Shown: positions 47,882 to 58,451, counted from the stretch's first letter. The stretch is DNA of 64,000 bases from Methanobacteriota archaeon (GCA_043799545.1 JAZDNO010000004.1:32001-96000); one strand, 5' to 3'. Notes: generated from the sequence alone by a model not told the origin. Numbers and translations are program-made.

Positions 47882-50800
47882 TTAGGGCCCCGGCGAATTT
47901 TCCCCTTTGCCGGGGTCTGGCGAGTCGCCCGAAACGTCTTCCGCCATCTCATCCGGGGCCTTGGGGTCTTCTTCGGCATCTTGGCCGGCATCCTTCCCTT
48001 TTTTACGTATCATCACGTAAATGAGCGCCATGGCTGCCATCAGGACGATGATTATTATCCACCAGTAATCCCCGAACCCTCCGCCTCCGACTCCGCCGCC
48101 GGTGACATCTATGCTTACGGTATGAGTCGCGGCCCGGTTGCCCAGCGCGTCCTCGGCATAGAACATCAGCGTGGCGTCTGCATCGAAGACCAGCGGCGCT
48201 GTGTACTGGCTCCACGTCGTTCCGCCGTCGAGGCTGTAGAAGATGGTTGCACCGCCCACATCCGCATCGATGGCCATGAGAGTGACGTTCTCGCCAGCAT
48301 GCAGTACTATAGCACCTCCAGTGGGTGTGGGAGACATCGAGGCTGTCGGCGGGGTCACGTCCACGAAAATCTCGATTGTCGATTCTGCGGACTCGTGACC
48401 CAGGTTGTCGGCAGCGTAGTATCGGATTGCGTGGGCCCCTTCAGTCGCAAATGTCAGCGCAACCGAGTATGCGGTCCATGCGCCTGCATCCACCGAGTAA
48501 CGCATTTCCGCGACGCCGGAACCGCTGTCGCTTGCAGCCAGGGTCAGGCTCGTGGCCGTTGTAATATAGGTGGGCGCGTTTCCATACTTTGGGCTTCCCA
48601 CCGTCGCGTCAATCGCCGGGGCGCTGAGGTCGACGATTATGTCTAATTTTTTGATTGCCTCGGTATTGCCCAGGTTGTCCAGCGCTCGGTATTCGATGGC
48701 GTACGCGCCGGCCGTCGAGAAGTTCAATGGACCGGAGTATGTTGCCCAGCTGGTCCATGTGCCCGTGCTGTCTCTGTAGACGCGGAACCTGATGAGGTCC
48801 ACGCCCGCACCTGAGTCGTTCGCTGTGAGGTTGATTTGCGTCGAAGAGCTGATGTAAACCGGCGCCGTGCCATACGACGGCGCTCCGATTTCGACAGAGG
48901 TGACAGGGACGATGGTGTCGACGAACACGTAGAATGTATCAAGGGTCGAGTTCTGACCAATATTGTCACTGGCCATGACGCTGATGTTGTGCGCCCCGGA
49001 GGCGGTCAAAGCGAAATTGCCTGAGTATGCAACCCACGCTCCGCTGTCGATGCGGTACCACATCCCCGCCACGCCTGAGCCCGCGTCCGTCGCAGTCAAG
49101 TTGAAGACGGTCGATGGCATGATGCAGACGGGATTCAGCCCGAACCTGGGGGCCGTAATTGTCAGCGTGACGACTGGCGGCTCCTCGTCTGGCCACACGG
49201 TCACGTTATTTGGCGCCTCCTGATTTCCGGCGAGGTCGATGCTGAAGTATTCGATGTACGCAATCCCGATCTGGTCCTCCAGAGTGAAGTTGCCCGTGTA
49301 AATGTTCAGCCCGCTCCAGCCGCCGTCCCATATTCGGTACTTGATGGCCGCTACGCCAGACAAATCCGTCGTCGCCGTTAGGTTGAAAGGAGTCGACCTG
49401 TTGACGTAGACGGTCGCCGTGCCGTTTTTCGGAGTCCCGATGGAAATCGTCGTGGCCGGGGCATCGGAGTCGAAGCCATGGCGCAAGTCCGCCACCGCCT
49501 GGGCAGCCTCAGTTTGACCCAACTTGTCTGTGGCTATGGTGTAGAATTCATAGAATCCCTGCCCATCAGGGAAGTTGAACGGCCACGACCAAAGTGCAGC
49601 ATTATCGATACCGGCACTCGTCCAGGGTACGGTCCAGGTTCCGTTGATTGCGCCGTACCTGTAGAACAGTTCGACGTTGGCGATTCCGCTCGACGGCGAA
49701 GCGTCGATGGCCGTCGCCGTGAGCGTTATCGGTGTGGTTGTGCGCCAGTATGCACCAGTCACGTCGCAGCCGCTCGACGGCGCCGTGCTGTCTCCGGTGA
49801 TGAATACCGTGAACGAATCGGAGCCCCAGGTAGAATCCGTCCCCGTGACTATGGTCCAGCCGCCCGTGTACCCGGCTGTGAATGTGCTGTTGGGTCCGGT
49901 GGCGTTGTCGAAGGTCCCGAGCACAGGTGCAACGGACCATGCGACAGAGATTGGGCCGAGGTCTCCGCCCGTGACGTTGGAAGCGATTGCCCGAGCCATG
50001 ACAGCCTGTCCGCCGTCCACATATACTGTGCCGATTTCCGTGCCATTCGACGGGTGCACGATTTGGATGGCATCCGGCGTCCAGATTTGCGACGTGACGC
50101 CGAAGCTGTCGTGATTCGTGGCGTTGCCGCCGAAGAGGCCGAGGCCTACCGACCGCATGTCTCCCCACGAGGCGTTCGCCGGGCTAGTAACGTTCATTGA
50201 GAAGTTGGCGCTCTGTCCAGGGTTGAGATTTCCCAAGTCCAACACGATGGTGCCGAAATTAGCATCTATTGTAGTGCCGTTCCAATGGCAGTAGAGCGTC
50301 GCGTTCCACCCGCCATTCAATCCCGTTGTCACCCACATCAGTGTAAAGCGGTCTGGCGCTGTCCCGTTGTTGGTGGCGCTGGCGCTGTAGCTTCTCGCTC
50401 CGTTAATCCCTATGCCTCGCGTCATTGTCTGTTCCGGCCCAGGAGGGTCTTGGAAAATGTTGCCACCGACCCCGTCGATTGATAGGTCCGGGAAGTAGCG
50501 GTTGATTGTGATGTTGATGGTGTAATTGATTCCCGGCGCGTAAACGACGGTCATGTGCGCGTAGCCAGTCGCGGCTCCCGAGGATAGGGTGTTGTTTAAT
50601 CCCCATGCACCCGTGAGCGATGCGGATGCGCCTGAGAAGTTCTGCAGCGACCACGTCACGTTAGCATCAAATAAATAGGTCCAGTTGGCGTCGTAGGCCG
50701 ACGCGAAGACGTCGCCAGAGAAGCCAACATCTGCGACTGTGTCCGTGAGATTCTCGCCGGAGTTGCCCGCGCCGGTGTTCATGCGGATGTGGGCGATTGA

Positions 50801-52738
50801 GACCGACCCGAATGCGTGTATCAGCGGATAACGGTCTTGGGTGTTCCCGTCGACATCGTAAGGCGCGTCTCCGAGACCGTCCTTCCCGGGCAAGTCTTGG
50901 TCGACCCCCCACATTGCATCCAAACCCGCGTAATCGTTCCAGTAGTTGCCGCCCCGGGGATATGGCGCACTCCAGTCGTTATTTAATTGGTTGTCCATAC
51001 CCTGCGCCACGTTATCGATTAGGTTGTTATTGTATATCAGGTTGTAGTCCGAAGAACCGATGTATATGCCTGTGTTGGTGCTGTCTGATATGGTGTTGTT
51101 CCTCACTTGGTTCTCAGTTCCTGAGGAAAGGTGTACGCCCATGGCGTTGCCTGTGAACGTGTTATCCGCGATGGTGGCGTAGGACGAAGGGAGAAGCAAG
51201 ACGCCCGACTGACCATTCACGTCGAACGTATTGTCCGTAATATTGATCCAAGAAGTAGTCTCAAGCCATATGCCATCCTGAACGTTGTTATGGATGTCAT
51301 TGGAAACGATCCAGCTTGCAGTGATGCCGTTCATGTGGATGCCCCTGTCATTGTACGAGATGTTGCAATTTGTCACTGTGTTTCGATCCGAATTAGCTGT
51401 AGTCTCCAAACCGCAACCGTCGTTGTTGGACAGTGTGCATTTGGTGATGTTGTTCCACTCTGAGTCCTGAAGGAAGACGCCGTTTCCGGTGTTGTTCGCG
51501 AATGTGCAGTTTATTATGCGGTTTCTATCGGACTGGCTGTTGAGAACTAAGCCTTGGAGCGCGTTCCCCATCGCGCTGTCGCGCACAGTGTTCAATCTGC
51601 TCGTGAGGAAGTATGCCCCGGACCCGGTGTCTCGCGACGTGACGTCGGATATCTCGTTGTTGTCTGAATAATACAGCGTGATTCCGTGAGTCTGGTTGTG
51701 GAGAGCCAGGTTGGAAATCCTTCCATTTTGCAGATTGTAAAGGTCGACCCCGGAGTTCGGCCGGAAAACGTCCAGACCGCCACTCGCATTATACAATGAG
51801 CAGTTCGAAATAACGAAGTATTCGGTCGTGTTGCCTATGTATATGCAGCATCCCGCCCCGGTCCCGTTGATGTCCCAGTTCTCGATCGTCCAGGGATTCC
51901 AAACGGTACCGTTCCCCGTCGCCCAGTTTACGACGCCGTGCCCAGCGTCGAAATCGCCATCGGAGTCGATGCGGATGGGCAGATGTGGCGTCATGCTGAA
52001 TCTGGTGTAGCTCTCCCAGATTTCTGTGGCGTTGAGGGCGCGGGACCAGATGCGAACCTCGTCGATTGAACCGTTGAAAAAAGCGGCAGTTCCAAACTCG
52101 CAACCAATGTTTAACGTTTCAGTGCATCCCTCGGTTCCTGGTGTTGAGCTAGAACTTGTGTTCACTAACATTCCATCAAAGTATAACCTTAATAGCTCGT
52201 CGGTAGCGTTCTTTGTTGCGGATACGTGATGCCACCTGCCATCATTTGCTGACACTGATGCAGAAGCAGACACTCCGGCATTGTACGATCGGAATGTCAG
52301 GTTGTTTCCAGTGTCTCTTATCTGAAATTCATATCCTGTGCCTGAGGGATCTCTTTTTCTCATTATCTGCATGAAAGAAGTAGCTGGATTGTTTAATTTA
52401 ATCCACGCCTCAGCGGTAAAACCAGCACCGGCACCGCCGATATTTAGGGCAGGGTTATGGCTCACATTCACATAATCATTTAGACCATCGAATTCCAATC
52501 CATTTTCAGAAATTCCGGGAACCCATGCCGGTCCTTTCATAAGCGTCCCGTCGTTTCCGTTGCCGCTCGTGTCGTATGCAACCGTACCTGCCCCCTCGTT
52601 GAACTTCCACTCCGCGACCAGCGATGGATCAACCATCGCTGATGTCTCAGCATTCGCGGCTTCGCTGGATGGAATTATCACGACAACCGCGCTCGCCACC
52701 ATCATCAGCCCCAAAACCGCCGCCAACAGCCTGTTCAT
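47882..52738 (-). CDS. Giant surface protein (1618 aa): signal peptide, LamG domain, right-handed beta-helix (NosD-like), Ig-like repeats, C-terminal TM
   Basis: LVAEWKFNEG...FNGSIDEVRIW; repeated I.NNT units; NNLIDN...GGNYW; repeated D..AP.T...YRALDNLGN; WWIIIIVLMAAMALIYV. Confidence 0.88.
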   Translation of the reverse strand: MNRLLAAVLGLMMVASAVVVIIPSSEAANAETSAMVDPSLVAEWKFNEGAGTVAYDTSGNGNDGTLMKGPAWVPGISENGLEFDGLNDYVNVSHNPALNIGGAGAGFTAEAWIKLNNPATSFMQIMRKRDPSGTGYEFQIRDTGNNLTFRSYNAGVSASASVSANDGRWHHVSATKNATDELLRLYFDGMLVNTSSSSTPGTEGCTETLNIGCEFGTAAFFNGSIDEVRIWSRALNATEIWESYTRFSMTPHLPIRIDSDGDFDAGHGVVNWATGNGTVWNPWTIENWDINGTGAGCCIYIGNTTEYFVISNCSLYNASGGLDVFRPNSGVDLYNLQNGRISNLALHNQTHGITLYYSDNNEISDVTSRDTGSGAYFLTSRLNTVRDSAMGNALQGLVLNSQSDRNRIINCTFANNTGNGVFLQDSEWNNITKCTLSNNDGCGLETTANSDRNTVTNCNISYNDRGIHMNGITASWIVSNDIHNNVQDGIWLETTSWINITDNTFDVNGQSGVLLLPSSYATIADNTFTGNAMGVHLSSGTENQVRNNTISDSTNTGIYIGSSDYNLIYNNNLIDNVAQGMDNQLNNDWSAPYPRGGNYWNDYAGLDAMWGVDQDLPGKDGLGDAPYDVDGNTQDRYPLIHAFGSVSIAHIRMNTGAGNSGENLTDTVADVGFSGDVFASAYDANWTYLFDANVTWSLQNFSGASASLTGAWGLNNTLSSGAATGYAHMTVVYAPGINYTINITINRYFPDLSIDGVGGNIFQDPPGPEQTMTRGIGINGARSYSASATNNGTAPDRFTLMWVTTGLNGGWNATLYCHWNGTTIDANFGTIVLDLGNLNPGQSANFSMNVTSPANASWGDMRSVGLGLFGGNATNHDSFGVTSQIWTPDAIQIVHPSNGTEIGTVYVDGGQAVMARAIASNVTGGDLGPISVAWSVAPVLGTFDNATGPNSTFTAGYTGGWTIVTGTDSTWGSDSFTVFITGDSTAPSSGCDVTGAYWRTTTPITLTATAIDASPSSGIANVELFYRYGAINGTWTVPWTSAGIDNAALWSWPFNFPDGQGFYEFYTIATDKLGQTEAAQAVADLRHGFDSDAPATTISIGTPKNGTATVYVNRSTPFNLTATTDLSGVAAIKYRIWDGGWSGLNIYTGNFTLEDQIGIAYIEYFSIDLAGNQEAPNNVTVWPDEEPPVVTLTITAPRFGLNPVCIMPSTVFNLTATDAGSGVAGMWYRIDSGAWVAYSGNFALTASGAHNISVMASDNIGQNSTLDTFYVFVDTIVPVTSVEIGAPSYGTAPVYISSSTQINLTANDSGAGVDLIRFRVYRDSTGTWTSWATYSGPLNFSTAGAYAIEYRALDNLGNTEAIKKLDIIVDLSAPAIDATVGSPKYGNAPTYITTATSLTLAASDSGSGVAEMRYSVDAGAWTAYSVALTFATEGAHAIRYYAADNLGHESAESTIEIFVDVTPPTASMSPTPTGGAIVLHAGENVTLMAIDADVGGATIFYSLDGGTTWSQYTAPLVFDADATLMFYAEDALGNRAATHTVSIDVTGGGVGGGGFGDYWWIIIIVLMAAMALIYVMIRKKGKDAGQDAEEDPKAPDEMAEDVSGDSPDPGKGENSPGP

Positions 52739-52820
52739 CGCCTCACCTACTAAGGCGTTAAAGGGGCAACGGCGTTAATAGCTTTTCCTCGCACGAAACC
52801 TCATCGGGCCAGCTTTTCGC

Positions 52821-55607
52821 TCAGAACGTCCCCCAGATTGCGTTCAGCTCCTCCGGCTTCTTCAGCGCCGCCTGCGCGGCCGCGAACCGCGCGACCGGCA
52901 CCCTGTACGGCGAGCAGCTCACATAGTCCACGCCGATTGTGTGAACGAAGCCTATCGATTTCGGCTCTCCACCGTGCTCGCCGCAGATGCCTATCTTCAG
53001 TCCAGGCTTCGTCCTGCGCCCGAACTGCACGGTGATGGCCATCAGGCGCCCGACTCCCTTCTGGTCGAGCACCTCGAACGGGTTGTCTTTCAGGATCTTG
53101 CGCTCGTTGTACAGCGGCAGGAAGGTGTTCTCCGCGTCCTCGCGGCTGAACGAGAAGACGGCCTGGGTCAGGTCGTTCGTGCCGAAGGAGAAGAAGTCGG
53201 TCATCTCCGCGATCCGCCCGGCGCGCATGCACGACCTCACGACCTCAATCATCGTGCCGAACTTCATGGGAATCTTCAGGCCGTAGGCCTTCTCGACAGC
53301 CTCCTTCTCCTCCATCAGTTGGCTGTTCACCCACGCCAGCTCGTCCTTGGTGCAGACCTGCGGTATCATTATCTGCGGCTCGACCTTCGAGCCGTCCTTG
53401 ATTCTCTCGGCCGCAGCCTCGCATATCGCGCGCATCTGCATCCTATAAATCTCGGGGTACGTTATCGCCAGGCGTACGCCGCGGTGGCCGAGCATCGGGT
53501 TGACCTCCATGAGGTTCCGCACCTTGGCGAGCATCGAGAGCTTCACGCCCAGGGTCTTCTGGGCAATCTCCTGCTCGTGTATCATCTCCGTTTCCTTTGA
53601 AAGCCTGTGGACGACGGACTTTGCCTCGTCCGGGAGGGGCACCAGGTCCACCGCCCCGGACAGGGACTTCATGAAGTTCAGCCACTCCACGAACTTCTCC
53701 AGGTTCGCCACGTCGGCGTTCAGCTCGTCCACGCTGGGCAGGAACTCGTGAAGCGGGATGTCCAGCAAACGTATGACAACGGGCTTCTCCCCCATCACTT
53801 TGTATATCTCGATGAAGTCCTTCTTCTGGAACGGCATCAGCCTGTCCAGCGCGTGCTTGCGCCCCTCGGCGTCGTCGGCCAGAATCATCTCGACCACTAT
53901 GGGAAGCCGGTCGGTCGCGTTGAACATCCTCTCCGTCCTGCAGAGGCCGATGCCCTCGGCACCGAACTTCTTAGCCGCGAGCGCTTCCGCCGGCGTCGAG
54001 GCGTTCGCCCACACCCCCAGGCGGCGCATCTCGTCCGCCCACTTGAGAATCCTCTCGGCCTCCTGGGAGAGGTCGGGCTCGATGGTGTCTATCTGGCCCA
54101 CCATCACGAGCCCCTCAGTGCCATCGATTGTCACCCAGCTCCCCTCCCGGACCGTCGCCCCGCCAGCAGAGAACGATGCCTTCTCTATCAAAAGACCCTC
54201 GCAGCCGCTGACGCAGGGCTTCCCCATGCCGCGAGCGACCACCGCCGCGTGGCTGGTCTTGCCCCCCCGCGCGGTCATTATGCCCTCTGCGGCGAAGAAT
54301 CCATGAATGTCGTCCGGCTTGGTCTCGACTCTGACTAGAACGACCTTCTCCCCGCGCTTGTGCCAGGCCTCCGCATCATCTGCGGTGAAAACGACCCTTC
54401 CCACGGCCGCTCCGGGCGACGCGGGCAAACCCTTGCATACGGGCTTTACTGGAACCTTTGGGTCGAGCCTCCTGTGCAACAGATGTCCAATCTGGTTCGG
54501 GTCCACCCGGAGAATCGCCTCCTTTTTTGTTATGAGCCCCTCGTCCACCATGTCGACCGCCATCTTGATGGCGGCTTGCGCGGTCCTCTTGCCGTTCCTG
54601 GTCTGGAGGATGAAGAGCTCGCCGCGCTCGATTGTGAACTCGAAGTCCTGCATGTCCTTGAAATGCGCTTCCAGCGCGGGGTAAAGCTTCCGGAGCTGCT
54701 CGAACTGCTCTGGCATCTCGTTCTCCATCTCCGTGACCGGCTTCGGAGTGCGGATTCCGGCGACGACGTCCTCGCCCTGGGCGTTCCTCAGGTATTCGCC
54801 GTAATATTCCTTGATGCCGGTGCTGGGGCTCCTCGTGAAGCCCACGCCAGTCGCCGAGTCGTCGCCCAGGTTGCCGAACACCATCATCTGCACGTTGACG
54901 GCCGTGCCCAGATCGTCCGGGATGTTGTTGAGCCTCCTGTACGTGATGGCCCGCGGCGTGTTCCAGGAATCGAAAACAGATTTTATCGCGAGCTCCAGCT
55001 GCTCCATGGGCTCCGCGGGGAACGCCCTGCCAGCGTGCTCCTCCACAATCTTCAGGTAAGTCCCTACGAGCTCCTCCAGCGCCCCCTCGTCCAGCTCGAC
55101 GTCAGTACTGGCCTTCTTCCTCTCCCTCAGCTTCTCGAGCTGTACTTCGAAGAGGTCCATGTTCACGTTCAGCACGACCTCGCTGAACATCTGGATGAGC
55201 CTCCGGTAACAATCCAGGGCGAAGCGCCTGTCCCCTGAGAGCTTCGCAAGCGTCTCAACCGTGTCCGCGTTCAAGCCCAGGTTGAGGATGGTGTCCATCA
55301 TCCCCGGCATCGAAGACGCAGCCCCGGAGCGCACCGAGACCAGCAGCAGGTTCTTCGAATCCCCGAACTTCTTTCCCGTCGAGGCTTCAAGCTTTTTAAC
55401 GGAATCCGTCACCTGCTTCCACATCCCCTTCGGGAACTGGCGCCCGCTCTTCAGGAAGTGGACGCACGCCTCCGTTGTGATTGTGAAGCCCGGAGGGACG
55501 TTGAGCCCCTGCCTCGTCATCTCGGCCAGGTTCGCCCCCTTCCCGCCGAGCAAAGGCTTCATTCTCGCGTTCCCCTCGGAAAACATGTAGACGTATTTCG
55601 CCGGCAT
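52821..55607 (-). CDS. ppdK: Pyruvate, phosphate dikinase
   Basis: LLGGKGANLAEM; SVRSGA; phospho-His GGKTSHAAVVARG; GLCRTE; FGTNDL; GICGEHGG. Confidence 0.97.
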   Translation of the reverse strand: MPAKYVYMFSEGNARMKPLLGGKGANLAEMTRQGLNVPPGFTITTEACVHFLKSGRQFPKGMWKQVTDSVKKLEASTGKKFGDSKNLLLVSVRSGAASSMPGMMDTILNLGLNADTVETLAKLSGDRRFALDCYRRLIQMFSEVVLNVNMDLFEVQLEKLRERKKASTDVELDEGALEELVGTYLKIVEEHAGRAFPAEPMEQLELAIKSVFDSWNTPRAITYRRLNNIPDDLGTAVNVQMMVFGNLGDDSATGVGFTRSPSTGIKEYYGEYLRNAQGEDVVAGIRTPKPVTEMENEMPEQFEQLRKLYPALEAHFKDMQDFEFTIERGELFILQTRNGKRTAQAAIKMAVDMVDEGLITKKEAILRVDPNQIGHLLHRRLDPKVPVKPVCKGLPASPGAAVGRVVFTADDAEAWHKRGEKVVLVRVETKPDDIHGFFAAEGIMTARGGKTSHAAVVARGMGKPCVSGCEGLLIEKASFSAGGATVREGSWVTIDGTEGLVMVGQIDTIEPDLSQEAERILKWADEMRRLGVWANASTPAEALAAKKFGAEGIGLCRTERMFNATDRLPIVVEMILADDAEGRKHALDRLMPFQKKDFIEIYKVMGEKPVVIRLLDIPLHEFLPSVDELNADVANLEKFVEWLNFMKSLSGAVDLVPLPDEAKSVVHRLSKETEMIHEQEIAQKTLGVKLSMLAKVRNLMEVNPMLGHRGVRLAITYPEIYRMQMRAICEAAAERIKDGSKVEPQIMIPQVCTKDELAWVNSQLMEEKEAVEKAYGLKIPMKFGTMIEVVRSCMRAGRIAEMTDFFSFGTNDLTQAVFSFSREDAENTFLPLYNERKILKDNPFEVLDQKGVGRLMAITVQFGRRTKPGLKIGICGEHGGEPKSIGFVHTIGVDYVSCSPYRVPVARFAAAQAALKKPEELNAIWGTF

Positions 55608-55688
55608 TTCAATCCCGCCTTTCAATTCCACAATAAATCTACGGATATTATGGTTGCGCTCGCGCAACCGATGTCAACCCGCCGTGGC

Positions 55689-58451
55689 TCAGCCACCGTT
55701 CTGCGCCACGAGCCCGCGAAGCGACGCCTCCGCCTCGGCCTTCTCGCCTAGCTCCGTTCCGTACAGGGGCAGGACCAGCTTGACCGCGTTCAGGATGTCC
55801 ACGTCGTCCACCCGTCCCTCGCCGCGCAGCGCGGCCAAGACCCGTGCAACGTTCTGTATTCCCAGCTCCGCGGTGTTTCCACCAGCGCCCAGCTCGGCGC
55901 ACATCCTCGCGGTCATGTCGAGCTGGCTCTCGCTAAGGGTCGAGCGCGCTAGCGCCTTGCGGGCGGATTCGAGCTGCTCCAGCGTCGCCGCCTTCTCCGC
56001 CTGGCTGACCTTGGCGAAGCTCTCCGGCGATTCGGAGAAGACCCGCGCGAACCTCTCGGCCTTCACTGAGATGCGCAGCGCATCCAGCTCGTCGTACTTT
56101 ACTAGAGCGGACATGTGCTCCAGCAGCATCGGGTGCACCTCGCCGTCGGGGCTTCCCAGCGTGCCTATGATTGTGAACCTGCACGGCACGTCGATGTCCG
56201 AGTCCTCGCCCTCGATGAAATTCCGTCCGGTGGCCAGCACCTCGGCGATGGACTCCGCCGCCTCGCTGGGAAGCTCGTCCACGCTCTCCACGAAGACCAC
56301 GCCGCGGTGAGCCCTGGTGAGCAGGTTCGGCGTCAGCATGTAGTGCACGAATACCCGTCCCTTGAGCCTGTCCCGCGTGGCGGTGTGCGGGACATTTATC
56401 ACTGGCATCTTGAGCTTCACTCGTTCCATCTCTCCCGAGTCGGCTTTTATCCTGCAATAGTTGCAATAAGCCTCTGGGTCGTCCGGGTCGCAGAGGAACC
56501 TGCAGCCCTTGACGGTATCGACCTCGAACCCCATGTCCTGGACGTACCTGAGGGCGTTCCGCACGGCCTCCGTGGAAAATCCGGAGAGCATCAGCCCCTT
56601 CACCAGCTCCGGCGAGGCGAAGGCCAGGAGGAGCTTCTCCTTCAGCACCTCGTTCTCCGCAACGGAGCGCGCGACGTTCATGAACTGCGCCGCCTGGCCT
56701 CCAGTCCCGTCCAGCTCCCAGAGGGGTTTGAGGGCCACCAGCGCGTTCGCGATGTCCAGGTCGTCGACCTGGGAGCGGATGCGTTTCGCCGCGAAGGTCT
56801 TGGCGAGCTTGTTGACCTTGCTGATGAAGTCCGGGTTAGCCGAATACCTCGAGGCTATGGACCAGACAACCTCCTCGGAGTATGCGCCAACCTTCATCCC
56901 GGGCACCATCTTCCGCGCCTTGATGACCTGGAAGATGGACTCCTTGCGCTGCCTGTCGAGCTGGCTCTCGAAGCGCGCCGGGTCGACGTCGTAGCCTTTG
57001 CGGTACGTCAGGCTCCTGGCGCTGGAGTAGAGGTCGTCGCCGGCCCCGATGTCCACCACGGCGTCCACGATGTCGGCGATGTGCGCAGACGGTTCGTAAC
57101 CTGGCTCCGCCACGGCCACCAGCGTGAAGCGCGCGGGGAACCTCATCCTGTTGCCGTCCTTCTCCAGCTCGTAGAAGCCCCGCTTCAGCAGCGCGGCCGT
57201 GGCTTTCAGGAGCTTGCCATCCATGTCGGGCAGCTTCCCGGCGTACAGCATGCCCCTGTGCGCCTTTCCGATGAGACCAGGCACGACGATGAACCTGATG
57301 TAAATCTCCCCCAGGAGGTCCCTCACGCTCCCGGATTTTGGCAGGGTCACGATGGGGTATGTCCAGAGCGACGTCGGTATCTCTTTCGACTTGTCTTCCA
57401 CGTGGCCGGAATCTATGTATCGCAGCCTGCACGCGTGGCAGTAGTCCTCCGGATGGTCGGGCGAGCAGCCCACGTCGCATCCGGCGTTCGCCTTTATCTC
57501 CAGCGAGAGGTCGTCCAGGTACTTCATCACCTCCGCAACTATTTTGGTGTCTGCCCCCCTGAGTAGTATCCCGCGTATGTCGGGGTTGACCAGCGCCCCC
57601 ATAAGCGCCTGCAGCACGTCGTCGAAATGCATGAGGTCGTCCACGCTCTTGGAGCCCACGGCCTCGTCCGGGGGAAGCGCGTGGTGGTAGAACCCGCCCG
57701 AGACGCTGGCAATCTCGGTCGCGAGCTGGCTTCCCTCCTCGCTCACGTCTATTATCAAGGCCGGCACGGCCGCCTCGTTTATGGCGAGCGACGTCCCTTT
57801 AATCTCCCCGCGCACGTCCGCGCCAGGAACGATCGGCACGTTCGCCGTCCCGTCCGTGACTATGACCAGGAGCGGTCGCGTGTCCTTCTCTATCCTGAGC
57901 TTTGACTGGAGCGCCTCGAGGCCCTTCCTCATGCCCGCCGCGAGCGGGGTCGTCCCGCCGTACTGGACCCTTTCGACGTAGGCCTGGCCCTTGTCGATGC
58001 TGGAGGTGAATGGAACGACCATGTCCGCCCCTCGTCCGAAGCAGGCGACGACGGAGATGCGGTCCCTCTTCTGGTAGGCGTCCATCATCAGCTCCCGCAG
58101 CGCCGCCTTGATTGCCATGATGCGCGAGTGCGTGACCATGGAGCTGCTGGTGTCCATGACGATGCAGATGAGGCTGGAAATCTTGCGCCTGCGCACCTTC
58201 TCCTTGTAGTCGCGCTTCTTGATTTCGAGTTTTCCGCCTGCTGAATGCATGATGGCGGATTTTATCGTCGGCAAAAGCGCTATGTCCTGGCAATCGGACG
58301 TCGAGGGGGTGCGGTAGCGGATGTAGCGCCCGATGCGCCCCACGGTCATGATGTCAGTGCGCCTCCCGGCCCGCACTATGCCAGTGACGACGCGCTTGTT
58401 CTTCTTGTGGAGCAGCCCCCCCATTACCTTCTTGAGTTCCCCCTTGCTCAT
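55689..58451 (-). CDS. ChlD-like protein in reversed order: N-terminal vWA plus two degenerate ChlI-like AAA+ modules
   Basis: GRYIRY...DIALLPTI; MIDAS DTSSS, DAYQKRD, GGTTPL, VTDG; two modules with GCxxxC...YCxxC and PG/PNLL..AHRG but no GKT. Confidence 0.82.
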   Translation of the reverse strand: MSKGELKKVMGGLLHKKNKRVVTGIVRAGRRTDIMTVGRIGRYIRYRTPSTSDCQDIALLPTIKSAIMHSAGGKLEIKKRDYKEKVRRRKISSLICIVMDTSSSMVTHSRIMAIKAALRELMMDAYQKRDRISVVACFGRGADMVVPFTSSIDKGQAYVERVQYGGTTPLAAGMRKGLEALQSKLRIEKDTRPLLVIVTDGTANVPIVPGADVRGEIKGTSLAINEAAVPALIIDVSEEGSQLATEIASVSGGFYHHALPPDEAVGSKSVDDLMHFDDVLQALMGALVNPDIRGILLRGADTKIVAEVMKYLDDLSLEIKANAGCDVGCSPDHPEDYCHACRLRYIDSGHVEDKSKEIPTSLWTYPIVTLPKSGSVRDLLGEIYIRFIVVPGLIGKAHRGMLYAGKLPDMDGKLLKATAALLKRGFYELEKDGNRMRFPARFTLVAVAEPGYEPSAHIADIVDAVVDIGAGDDLYSSARSLTYRKGYDVDPARFESQLDRQRKESIFQVIKARKMVPGMKVGAYSEEVVWSIASRYSANPDFISKVNKLAKTFAAKRIRSQVDDLDIANALVALKPLWELDGTGGQAAQFMNVARSVAENEVLKEKLLLAFASPELVKGLMLSGFSTEAVRNALRYVQDMGFEVDTVKGCRFLCDPDDPEAYCNYCRIKADSGEMERVKLKMPVINVPHTATRDRLKGRVFVHYMLTPNLLTRAHRGVVFVESVDELPSEAAESIAEVLATGRNFIEGEDSDIDVPCRFTIIGTLGSPDGEVHPMLLEHMSALVKYDELDALRISVKAERFARVFSESPESFAKVSQAEKAATLEQLESARKALARSTLSESQLDMTARMCAELGAGGNTAELGIQNVARVLAALRGEGRVDDVDILNAVKLVLPLYGTELGEKAEAEASLRGLVAQNGG

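Noticed and set aside
32360-58451. Magnesium/cobalt chelatase implying chlorophyll or cobalamin synthesis
   Set aside because: No ChlH/CobN or tetrapyrrole genes in the window and the architectures are non-canonical; cannot be excluded genome-wide
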